Shown here piece by piece: positions 51,403-60,919 of a stretch of 64,000 nt of DNA. Origin of the DNA: Flavobacteriaceae bacterium (GTDB taxonomy: Bacteria > Bacteroidota > Bacteroidia > Flavobacteriales > Flavobacteriaceae); assembly GCA_947451475.1 (NCBI GenBank), contig CANFZC010000003.1, positions 11,169 to 75,168 of the forward strand, written 5' to 3'. The notes under the pieces were generated by a model that did not search any database, had not been told where the DNA came from, and saw only the letters and a list, made by a program, of their open reading frames with translations. The position numbers and the translations under genes were made by a program. The stretch's first letter is position 1. Every line of letters begins with the position of its first letter.

Positions 51403-54400
51403 ATGAAATCAATTTTACAAGCATTGTTTAGTAAATGGTACCGCAGCTCAAGCAATTCGAGTGCGACTATTTCTAAAAACAGTTTGAATTCAGATTCAAG
51501 TTTGTTTGAAAAAAGAGGTAATACGGCCTTCGTAACGGCCTTTATTTCGACTTTACTGTTTTCGGTTTTTGGATTCATCCAAAAATCATGCAGTTCAATT
51601 TTTGGCCTTAAAGCATTAAGCCAAAGACAGTATTTTAAAGTAAATGCATTGGGTGTTTTGACTTTAATTCTATTCTTTGGAGTTAATCAATCAGTAACTG
51701 CTCAGATTTCATATGCAACTTCTGGTTCAAGTTATACTCAAAATTTTGACAACTTGCTTACGCCAACAGTTCCAGCTAATAACACTGCAATTGCAAGTGT
51801 TTTGCCTACAGGTTGGAGTTTCGTAGAAGCAGGAACTAATGCAAATGCAACTTTTAGAGTTGATAACGGTTCTTCTGGGACTGGAGATACTTTTTTTGAT
51901 GGTGCTACAAGCTCTAATGAAAGATCTTTAGGGGCGTACGCCTCTGGTAGTTTGACTTCTCAATTTGGTGCTTCTTTTACAAATAACACAGGAGCTACAT
52001 TAACGCAATTTACCCTTTCATATACTGGAGAACAGTGGAAAGATGGTGGTAGTGCTACTGCGATATTAAACAAACTTACTTTTGCTTATGCAGTTAATCC
52101 AACTTCTTTGACTGTAGGAACCTATACAAATGTTACTAGTCTTGATTTTACAGCGTTAGTTAATAATACTACTGCAGATGCTACTACCGATGGGAATGCA
52201 TCTAATAGAAGAACTGCTATAACATTTACCGTGACAGGTATTTCTTGGCCTGCGGGTCAAACATTGTACATAAGATGGACAGACGTAAATGATGCTGGAA
52301 ATGATGATAACTTAGCAGTTGATGATTTGACTTTTTCAGCGTTAGGTGCTGCTACACCAACTATAACAGGTGCTGCAACAGCAACAGCATTTACAGCTAC
52401 TTATGGAACGGCTTCTTCAGCACAAACATTCTCAGTTTCTGGAACTAATTTAACCGCTGATATCACGGCAACCGCACCACTTAATTTTGAAGTGTCATCC
52501 GACGGCGTTACCTATGGTGCAACAGCAACATTCACGCAATCAGGTGGGACTGCTTCAGGCTCTTTAAGTGTTCGTATTAAAGCTGCTGCTGCCGTGACGG
52601 GTAGTTATAATAGTGTAAATATACCGTTAACTTCTACAGGAGCTACTGCAGTAAACATCACAACGGCTGCTTCAGGAAATAGCGTTTCCCCTGTAGGGTT
52701 AACCATTTCTGGGGTTTCTGGGGTAAACAAAACATATAACGGAACTAATGCTGCCACGTTAACAGGTACAGCTTCTTATGTTGGTTTGGTAAACAGCGAA
52801 TCTTTTGCCGTTACAGGTACGCCTGCCGCCACTTTTGCTTCGGTAAATGTTGGAACAGGAATTAGCATAACGATTTCAGGTTATACAGCACCTTCAACAA
52901 ATTATACCGTAACGCAACCAAGTACTTCAGCTGATATTACAGCAAAAGGCTTAACGATTACCGGTATTTCGGCCAACAATAAAGTATACGATGGAACAAC
53001 TGCCGCTACTTTGGCAGGTACTGCTGCCCTTTCAGGGGTTGTGGGTGCAGATGTTGTGACGCTAGGAGGTACTCCAGTAGCTACTTTCGCTTCTTCAGCC
53101 GCTGGGACAGGTATTGCTGTAAACGTTACAGGATATACGATTTCAGGAACAGCTGCAGGAAATTATTCCTTAACACAGCCTACACTATCGGCCGACATCA
53201 CTTTAACTCCTACACCAGTAATTACCAGTGCTCTTACAGCTTCAGGGACCTATGGTGTAGCTAGTACCGCTTATACAATTACAGCTTCCAATGCACCAGA
53301 CACGTATAATGCTACAGGTTTACCTGCCGGATTATCAATCACTGATGGTGTAATTAGTGGGACGCCAACAGTAACAGGTACATTTAATGTAACCATTTCG
53401 GCTACTAATGCCGGAGGTACAGGAACGGCTACTTTAGTTTACACGATTGCTGCAAAAGCATTGACCGTATCAGGAGCTAGTGTTTCTTCAAAAACCTACG
53501 ACGGTACTACAACTGCTACTATAATCGGAGCAAGCTTAAATGGTATAGTTTTAGGAGATACCATTACGGTTAGTGGTAACGGAACGTTTGCTTCTGCCAA
53601 TGTTGGAACTGCTATTTCAGTGACTCCTGCTTTGTCTATTTCAGGAACTAATGCAACTAATTATGCGCTAACGCAACCTTCCTTGACGGGAGATATTACA
53701 GCTAAAGCCTTAACGGTAACGGCTAATAATGTTTCAAAAGCTCCAGCCCAAGTGTTAACAGGTGGCGCAGGTTCATTAGCTTTTTCAACCAATGGATTGG
53801 TTAGTTCTGAAACTATTGGAAGTGTAACCATTACCTATGGAGCTGCTGCGGGAGCAACGGGTACGGGTAATACTATCGGAGTTTATGCTAATGAAGTTAC
53901 ACCTTCAGCAGCAGCAGGAGGAACATTCTTGGCTTCAAATTATACCATAACCTATACATCAGGTTCAATTAGTGTAGCCGGATTTGGCAACGGTAACTTA
54001 GTAGTAAATAGATTAGGAGATGGGACTACTTCATTAGGAAGTATTGCAGCCCCAATTAGTCTTTTAGAAGTAACTACAACGGGTACGGTAGTAAACACCT
54101 TAAGTACTGGTGTATTTACAGGAACAAATTTATTGACCGATACTGCTACAGGTACCTCAAATGGTAACTTAAGCTCAAATGGTCAATACTTAGCAGTTCC
54201 TGGATATAATGCCGCAGTGGGAACAACAGGTGTGGCTACTTCCAACACTAAGGCAACTAATGTATTTGGTTTAGGCTATACCGTGGCAACTAGAGTTAAT
54301 TTCCCTGCAACAGTATACCCAAGTAATAATTATAGAAGTGTAGTACCTACAAGTACTTCAACATTCTATACAGCGGGTACCCCAGGAGGTATCTGGTATT

Positions 54401-57400
54401 ATGATGGAACCAACTTTGTAAATGTATGTGCTACAGTCTCAAATACAAGAATAGTTAAGATTTATAATGGAAATTTATATTTCACTACAGCTACTGGAGC
54501 GGGTATTTATCAAGTAGGAACAGGTTTACCTACCACAGCGGGTCAAACGGCTTCTTTAGTGTTCAACACAGTTACAGCAAGTCCATACGGTTTTGCAATC
54601 AGTCCTGATGGCAATACTGCCTACGTGGCCGATGATTCTACAGTAAATGCTAATATAGGTGGCGGTATTCAAAAATGGTCTAAAGCAACAGGTACTTGGG
54701 TACGTCAATATACCTTAGGTACTATTGCTAGAAGTATTACAGTTGACTTCTCAAGCACTAACCCAATAATCTATGCTACTACAGCTGAAACAGCTAATAA
54801 TAAAATAATTAAAGTTGTTGATAACGGCACAGCATTATCGTCTACCGATGTTACTTCTGCAGGAGCTAATTATATTTTCCGCGGAGTGGATTTTGCTCCA
54901 GCAGCACCAAGTCCAAAAATTACAGCTACTGGAACTGTAGCAGCTTGTAATACAACCTACGGAACGGCATCTTCAATTACGTCATTCAACGTGGCTGGAA
55001 GCAATATGTTGGGAGCAATTACAATTACTCCTCCAGCGGGTTTCGAAGTGTCAACTACCAGTGATTTCTCCGCTAATATTGGAACAAATGCATCTCCAAT
55101 TACTGTAGGATCTTCTGAAACTATTGCTTCAACGCCAATTTACGTTAGAATTCCAGGTACAACAGCTGTGGGAACTTATACTGGAACTATTGTATTAAGC
55201 AGTTCATTTGCCAATAATGTGGCGGTAGCAACAGTTTCAAGTGTCGTTAGCACAAAAGCATTGACTATTACCGGAGTATCTGGAGTATCCAGAGCATATG
55301 ACGGTACTACTGAAGCTTCTTTGACTGGAACAGCTACTTATGTTGGTTTAGTAAATGGTGATTCATTTAGTGTAGCGGGATCCCCTGCGGCAACCTTTGC
55401 AGATAAAAATATCGGTACAGCAAAAGCAATTACCGTTATAGGATACACTGCTCCTTCATCAAATTATACGGTAGCACAACCAACCGGTATAGCGGCTGAT
55501 ATCACAGCAAAAGACCTAACGGTTTCAAATGTTACCGCGAATAATAAATCGTATGATGGTACAGTAAATGCTACCTTATCAGCATCATTAGAAGGAGTTA
55601 TTGCTCCCGACAATGTGACGCTAGTAGCTACAGGAGAATTTGAATTTAATTTTCAAACCCTATTCTTCGGAACACCGGGGAACATCGTGAATCTTGCGTT
55701 CTCCATAACGGGTAATGCTGGAGATGTGGCCAACTACAATCTAGTTCAACCTACTGTTAGCGGTTTAACAGCCGATATTTACCCAAAAGAATTAACGGTT
55801 ACTGGAGCTACAGCTATTGATAAAGTATATGACGGTACTACTGATGCAGTAGTGACGGGTACTTTAAATGGCGTAGTGGATGGCGAAACAGTTTTCTTAG
55901 TGAGCTCGGGTACTTTTGCTTCGGCTGAAATAGGTACTAATATCGCAGTGACACCTACATGGGCGATAGATGGTGATACATTCAACTATACACTTATCGA
56001 ACCAACAGTATCTTTAACGGCTAATATTACTAGTCCAAGCGCACCTTCAATTACAAGTGCGACTACAGCTACAGCTACTTACGGAGATACAACAACGTCA
56101 TATGTAATAACTGCTACAGGTGATGCAACCTCTTATAATGCGACTGGCTTGCCTCCTGGGTTAAGTGTAAATACATCTACTGGTGAAATTACAGGTTCTC
56201 CTTCAGCAACTGGAGTATATGCAGTGGCTCTAAGTGCTACCAATTCAGGTGGTACAGGTTTTGCTACTTTAACGTATACGATTAATACCATCAATGTAAC
56301 AATTCCAAACGCGTTAGCGAATAATAAACAATACGATGGAACTACTACAGCTGCCATCACAGGTACTTTAACAGGTGCGATTGCTGGTGACGATGTGTCG
56401 TTCAATGGGGCAGGTACTTTTGATAGCGCTGCTATTGGAAGCAACATATTTGTTACGTCCAATATAATCTTAACAGGTACGAAAGCGGCCAACTATACCT
56501 TAACGCAACCAAGTGGATTAACGGCTAATATTACTCAAAAAGTATTGACTGTTTCGGCATCAGTTTCTAACAAAGTATACGACGGTACTACAACAGCTAC
56601 AGTTAATGTGGATGCTACGAACGGTATTGTAGGTTCTGAAATTGTAAATGTTTCCGCTACAGGAACTTTTGATACAGCCAATGTAGGGAACGGTAAAAAT
56701 GTAACGGTGGCCTATAGCTTAAATGGAGCTAATGTTGGAAACTACAGTATTGTTTCTCCAGTGACTTTAACAGGTAACATTACACCAAAACCATTAACAT
56801 ATACAGCAACAGCTGATAATAAAGTGTTTGATGGCAATACCAATGCTACCGTAACCGTAAGTGCTATTACTGGAGTGGTAGCTCCAGATGTAGTAACGAT
56901 TACAGGTACAGGTACTTTTGCTTCTTCTGCCATTGCAAATGGTATCGTAGTAAGTAATATTGCCTTGACATTAGGTGGTGCTCAAGCAGCTAATTATGCT
57001 ATAGCACAGCCAACAGGTACCTTAACCGCCAATATTACAGTGGCTCCTACAGTATTAACTGCTGGAGATATTGCGGTAATTGGTTATAATACAAGCGGAA
57101 CACCTGATAGTTTTTCTATAGTTGTGTTAAAAGATTTGACATCAGGAACACAGTTCTTTGTTAATGATAATGAATTAGCTTCAACTACTGCCACTTCATT
57201 TACGGATTTAGGCGAAATGGAAGCATCTTTCACAGTAAAATCAGGACAAACTATTCCTGCAGGAACTGTGATTGTATTACCATGGGGAGCTGCTGCTGTT
57301 TCAACGGCAACATATGATTGGAGTTCAACTTCAGGGGCTGGTTTTGGAGCAAGTAATGATGAAATATTCATCTATACAGCACCGTCAATTACGGCTACGA

Positions 57401-60400
57401 CTCCAACATTATTCTTATACTTTGCTAAACTAGGTACGAGTCCAAGTGCTATACCAGCAAGTTTAGAAACTTCAACGACGGGCACAGGTACAACGGCTAT
57501 TAGCCCTACAGCAGCAGCGTTACGTTATAACACTACAACAAATATTTATAATTCTTGTAAGCAAATACTATTAAACGAAATAGGTAAAACAGCTACTACC
57601 AATTGGACTACAACGGGTTCTGCTGCTGTAGTAGCTACAGATTGGACATTTACAGTATTACCTACTTGTCCTACTCCGTCAATTACTACTAATGTTGCTA
57701 CGTTAGATGCCCTTACTACAGAGTACGGTTCTGCTTCATCAACTACTAGTTTTACAGTTACAGGAACGTATTTAACATCAGATGTGGCCCTTACAGCTCC
57801 TGCAGGATTTGAAATCTCAACAAATGCAACGTCAGGTTTTGCAAATTCATTGGCCTTGACTCAAATATCAGGAAGTGTAAATAGTACAATCTTCGTTAGA
57901 TTAACGTCATTAACAACAGTACTTTTATCTCCTTACAGTGGAAATATTACCATAACAAATACAGGAGCAACTACAGTAAATGTGGCAGCATCCGGAACAG
58001 TTACGCCAAAAGCAGTGACCATTACTGGCCTATTAGTGAATAACAAAGTACAAAGTATTGGAAACTTTACCGCTACACTTACGGGAACTCCAGTATTAAA
58101 CGGGGTGTTAAGTGCTGATTCATCCACTGTTGCACTTGACAGTTCAGCGGTTACTGCGGTATTCGCACAAGATACTGCGGGAACTAGTATTCCAGTAACA
58201 GTTTCTGGATATGCCTTAACAGGTGCTGCTGCAGGAAACTATGCGTTAGTACAACCTAGCTTAACAGGAACGATTACTTCGGTAGCATCTCCAGTAATTA
58301 CAAGTGCTTTAACGTTTAGTGCTGTTTACCGTACACAAGCTGCCGCTTATACCATTACAGCAACTTCTGATGAAGCCTATCCTGTTACGGGTTATAATGC
58401 AACGGGTTTACCAGCTGGTTTAACTGTTAATACAACTACCGGAGTTATTTCAGGTACACCAACGGCTGCACCCGGTAACTATAATGTAACGATCTCGGCA
58501 ACCAACATTGGAGGTGATACAAATGCATTATTAGTGTATACAATAACTAAGAAAGAAATTACGGTTACCGCTACTGCTTCAAGCAAAGTGTACAATGCTA
58601 CTACGGCAGCTACTATTACGGTTGGAACTATAACGGGTGTTGTAGGTACTGATATAGTAACAGTAACAGGTGGTGGTACTTTCGATACTAAAAATGTAGG
58701 TACTGCCAAATCAGTTACCGCGGCCTTAGTATTAGGAGGCGCACAAGCTGGTAATTATAGCTTAACGCAACCAACAGGTTTAACAGCAGATGTTACAGCG
58801 TTTACAGTAACTTTATCGGGTGCTGCGGCACAAAGTAAAGTATTCGACGGAAATACAAATGCAGTAATTACAGCTACATTGGTAGGAATAATTGCAGGAG
58901 ATGTGGTTACTTTCAACGGGACAGGTACTTTCGCTACTTCAGCGCTTGGTCAAGCAATCGCTGTGACTTCAACTGCTACATTAATTGGTACTGATGCTGG
59001 TAATTATACTTTTGTTCAGCCTACCACATTAACGGCTAATATTACAGATACTATTATTTACTTAAATACATTTACTGGGATTTCGGCATGTCCAACAAAT
59101 GGAAATGTGCCTACTATGGTGACCAACTCAACAGGTACACCTTTATCAAGAAATACCATAACATGTAACGCGACCGCTAACGTGCTTAATTCAACAACAT
59201 TAAATGCAACGGCTTCGGTTAGTAATAGTTCTTATATAGAGTTTTCAGCCTCAGCAACTGCAGGTAATAAATTAAGTGTAACGTCAGTATCTTTCTTTAG
59301 ACAAGCTAGTAACTCGGCTCCTAATAAGTTAGAAGTTCGTTACAGTACCGATGGATTTGTGACGTCTACTGCTTGGGGAGCTGCTCCAGTTACTCCAATC
59401 GCAGGTAATGTAATTACTTGGGATTTTTCAGATTTCACTACACCTACTGGTGGTACAGTAACCTTCCGTTTATATCCATACGGTACAACACGTGCAGATC
59501 TTACTGTTCCGGCGGCTGCCGCTTCTGGTACATTCAGATTAGATGATGTTACTATTTACGGTAAAGTGCTTACAGGACCAACAGCTGCGGCATTATCTCT
59601 CACAGGTAGTGATACCTTCTGTAGTGGTACTGCTACTACAGTTAAAGTTGATGTTACCGGAGGTACAGCTCCTTATACCGTGGCTTACTCTAACGGTTCT
59701 ACTACTAATTATGTAAGTGGTACTGATGCTACAGTAATTCCAACAGCATCTCCTTTTACTTTGCTTTCAGTAACAGATGCAAATGGTATTACTTTAACTA
59801 GTAATCTATCAGGTTCGATAAACTTTAACATCACACCAACTACTTCAAATACTACTACCGCTTCAGCATGTGATTCGTATACTTGGTCAGTAAATGGTCA
59901 AACGTATACTACAAGTGGAACATATACAGTAGTGAATGGATGTAATACTCAAATTTTAGCGTTAACCATTACACCAAGTACTTCAAATACTACCACAGCT
60001 TCAGCATGTGATACGTATACTTGGTCAGTAAATAACCAAGCGTATACAGCTTCAGGAATATATTCAGTAGTTAACGGATGTCATACAGAAGTATTGAACT
60101 TAACGATCACACCAAGTACAAGTACAACAACGACTACTTCATCATGTGGTGATTACTTATGGTCAGTAAACGGTCAAACGTATACCATCAGTGGAACATA
60201 TACTTATGTATCTGGATGTCACACCGAGATATTGAACTTAACTGTTGCAACCTGTTCATCGACATTGAACTTAAAAGTAGCTATTCAAGGATACTATGAC
60301 ACAGACGCTCACGCTATGCGTGCTGTTAAAGCAAACCAAGGAGTAGGTACTAGTACAACAGCTGTTGACGATATCACAGTTGAATTAAGAGATGTAACAG

Positions 60401-60849
60401 ATTATCATGTTGTGGCAAGTGTAACAGCAAGCTTACAAACGGACGGTACTGCAGTATGTACTTATGCTACCGCGCCAACTGGATCATTCTATGTATCCGT
60501 TGCTCACAGAAACAGTATTCAAGTAATGAGTGCTACCCCTGTGACTGTAGGTGCTACGCCAGCATCATTTGACTTTACTGCCGCTGCTGCAAGAGCGTTT
60601 GGCGATAACCAAGTGTTAGTTGACGGAGTGTACACTATGTACTCAGGAGACTTTAATCAAGATGGATTTGTTGATATTTTCGATTATCCTGCTTATGATG
60701 CAGCGAATCAAAGTGGAGGTGCTTATGACGGAACTTACGTTGTAACGGATCTTAACGGAGATGGATTTGTAGATATCTTTGATTACCCTATTTATGATGT
60801 AAATAACCAAGGAAACGTTCAGGCCGTATTGCCTTATAGTCTTCCATAA
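51403..60849 (+). CDS. Giant (3148 aa) secreted YDG/Ig-repeat protein with C-terminal dockerin-like domain
   Basis: About 11 K.YDG-type repeats, 3 He_PIG Ig units (ATGLP.GL...G.ISGTP), several head domains, 3 Cys repeats, and terminal GDFNQDGFVDIFD / TDLNGDGFVDIFD; no YPNP/T9SS CTD. Confidence 0.9.
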   Translation: MKSILQALFSKWYRSSSNSSATISKNSLNSDSSLFEKRGNTAFVTAFISTLLFSVFGFIQKSCSSIFGLKALSQRQYFKVNALGVLTLILFFGVNQSVTAQISYATSGSSYTQNFDNLLTPTVPANNTAIASVLPTGWSFVEAGTNANATFRVDNGSSGTGDTFFDGATSSNERSLGAYASGSLTSQFGASFTNNTGATLTQFTLSYTGEQWKDGGSATAILNKLTFAYAVNPTSLTVGTYTNVTSLDFTALVNNTTADATTDGNASNRRTAITFTVTGISWPAGQTLYIRWTDVNDAGNDDNLAVDDLTFSALGAATPTITGAATATAFTATYGTASSAQTFSVSGTNLTADITATAPLNFEVSSDGVTYGATATFTQSGGTASGSLSVRIKAAAAVTGSYNSVNIPLTSTGATAVNITTAASGNSVSPVGLTISGVSGVNKTYNGTNAATLTGTASYVGLVNSESFAVTGTPAATFASVNVGTGISITISGYTAPSTNYTVTQPSTSADITAKGLTITGISANNKVYDGTTAATLAGTAALSGVVGADVVTLGGTPVATFASSAAGTGIAVNVTGYTISGTAAGNYSLTQPTLSADITLTPTPVITSALTASGTYGVASTAYTITASNAPDTYNATGLPAGLSITDGVISGTPTVTGTFNVTISATNAGGTGTATLVYTIAAKALTVSGASVSSKTYDGTTTATIIGASLNGIVLGDTITVSGNGTFASANVGTAISVTPALSISGTNATNYALTQPSLTGDITAKALTVTANNVSKAPAQVLTGGAGSLAFSTNGLVSSETIGSVTITYGAAAGATGTGNTIGVYANEVTPSAAAGGTFLASNYTITYTSGSISVAGFGNGNLVVNRLGDGTTSLGSIAAPISLLEVTTTGTVVNTLSTGVFTGTNLLTDTATGTSNGNLSSNGQYLAVPGYNAAVGTTGVATSNTKATNVFGLGYTVATRVNFPATVYPSNNYRSVVPTSTSTFYTAGTPGGIWYYDGTNFVNVCATVSNTRIVKIYNGNLYFTTATGAGIYQVGTGLPTTAGQTASLVFNTVTASPYGFAISPDGNTAYVADDSTVNANIGGGIQKWSKATGTWVRQYTLGTIARSITVDFSSTNPIIYATTAETANNKIIKVVDNGTALSSTDVTSAGANYIFRGVDFAPAAPSPKITATGTVAACNTTYGTASSITSFNVAGSNMLGAITITPPAGFEVSTTSDFSANIGTNASPITVGSSETIASTPIYVRIPGTTAVGTYTGTIVLSSSFANNVAVATVSSVVSTKALTITGVSGVSRAYDGTTEASLTGTATYVGLVNGDSFSVAGSPAATFADKNIGTAKAITVIGYTAPSSNYTVAQPTGIAADITAKDLTVSNVTANNKSYDGTVNATLSASLEGVIAPDNVTLVATGEFEFNFQTLFFGTPGNIVNLAFSITGNAGDVANYNLVQPTVSGLTADIYPKELTVTGATAIDKVYDGTTDAVVTGTLNGVVDGETVFLVSSGTFASAEIGTNIAVTPTWAIDGDTFNYTLIEPTVSLTANITSPSAPSITSATTATATYGDTTTSYVITATGDATSYNATGLPPGLSVNTSTGEITGSPSATGVYAVALSATNSGGTGFATLTYTINTINVTIPNALANNKQYDGTTTAAITGTLTGAIAGDDVSFNGAGTFDSAAIGSNIFVTSNIILTGTKAANYTLTQPSGLTANITQKVLTVSASVSNKVYDGTTTATVNVDATNGIVGSEIVNVSATGTFDTANVGNGKNVTVAYSLNGANVGNYSIVSPVTLTGNITPKPLTYTATADNKVFDGNTNATVTVSAITGVVAPDVVTITGTGTFASSAIANGIVVSNIALTLGGAQAANYAIAQPTGTLTANITVAPTVLTAGDIAVIGYNTSGTPDSFSIVVLKDLTSGTQFFVNDNELASTTATSFTDLGEMEASFTVKSGQTIPAGTVIVLPWGAAAVSTATYDWSSTSGAGFGASNDEIFIYTAPSITATTPTLFLYFAKLGTSPSAIPASLETSTTGTGTTAISPTAAALRYNTTTNIYNSCKQILLNEIGKTATTNWTTTGSAAVVATDWTFTVLPTCPTPSITTNVATLDALTTEYGSASSTTSFTVTGTYLTSDVALTAPAGFEISTNATSGFANSLALTQISGSVNSTIFVRLTSLTTVLLSPYSGNITITNTGATTVNVAASGTVTPKAVTITGLLVNNKVQSIGNFTATLTGTPVLNGVLSADSSTVALDSSAVTAVFAQDTAGTSIPVTVSGYALTGAAAGNYALVQPSLTGTITSVASPVITSALTFSAVYRTQAAAYTITATSDEAYPVTGYNATGLPAGLTVNTTTGVISGTPTAAPGNYNVTISATNIGGDTNALLVYTITKKEITVTATASSKVYNATTAATITVGTITGVVGTDIVTVTGGGTFDTKNVGTAKSVTAALVLGGAQAGNYSLTQPTGLTADVTAFTVTLSGAAAQSKVFDGNTNAVITATLVGIIAGDVVTFNGTGTFATSALGQAIAVTSTATLIGTDAGNYTFVQPTTLTANITDTIIYLNTFTGISACPTNGNVPTMVTNSTGTPLSRNTITCNATANVLNSTTLNATASVSNSSYIEFSASATAGNKLSVTSVSFFRQASNSAPNKLEVRYSTDGFVTSTAWGAAPVTPIAGNVITWDFSDFTTPTGGTVTFRLYPYGTTRADLTVPAAAASGTFRLDDVTIYGKVLTGPTAAALSLTGSDTFCSGTATTVKVDVTGGTAPYTVAYSNGSTTNYVSGTDATVIPTASPFTLLSVTDANGITLTSNLSGSINFNITPTTSNTTTASACDSYTWSVNGQTYTTSGTYTVVNGCNTQILALTITPSTSNTTTASACDTYTWSVNNQAYTASGIYSVVNGCHTEVLNLTITPSTSTTTTTSSCGDYLWSVNGQTYTISGTYTYVSGCHTEILNLTVATCSSTLNLKVAIQGYYDTDAHAMRAVKANQGVGTSTTAVDDITVELRDVTDYHVVASVTASLQTDGTAVCTYATAPTGSFYVSVAHRNSIQVMSATPVTVGATPASFDFTAAAARAFGDNQVLVDGVYTMYSGDFNQDGFVDIFDYPAYDAANQSGGAYDGTYVVTDLNGDGFVDIFDYPIYDVNNQGNVQAVLPYSLP
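59833..60246 (+). repeat. Three tandem 138-bp (46-aa) Cys-pair repeats
   Basis: Units start at 59833, 59971, 60109: TP..S.TTT.S.C..Y.WSVN.Q.YT.SG.Y..V.GC.T..L.LT. Confidence 0.9.
60649..60783 (+). other. Two 12-residue Ca-binding loops (dockerin-like)
   Basis: DFNQDGFVDIFD (60649-60684) and DLNGDGFVDIFD (60748-60783), 33 codons apart, each followed by YP.YD..NQ. Confidence 0.8.
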
Positions 60850-60865
60850 TTAAGTTATAGAGAGT

Positions 60866-60895
60866 GTAAGCTGCCAGCTTTGGCTGGTAGCTTGC
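60866..60895 (+). other. Intergenic stem-loop with no U tract
   Basis: GTAAGCTGCCAGC-TTTG-GCTGGTAGCTTGC, 13-bp stem with two G-U pairs. Confidence 0.75.
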
Positions 60896-60919
60896 CTCAT
60901 CATAAATGATATAAATAAT

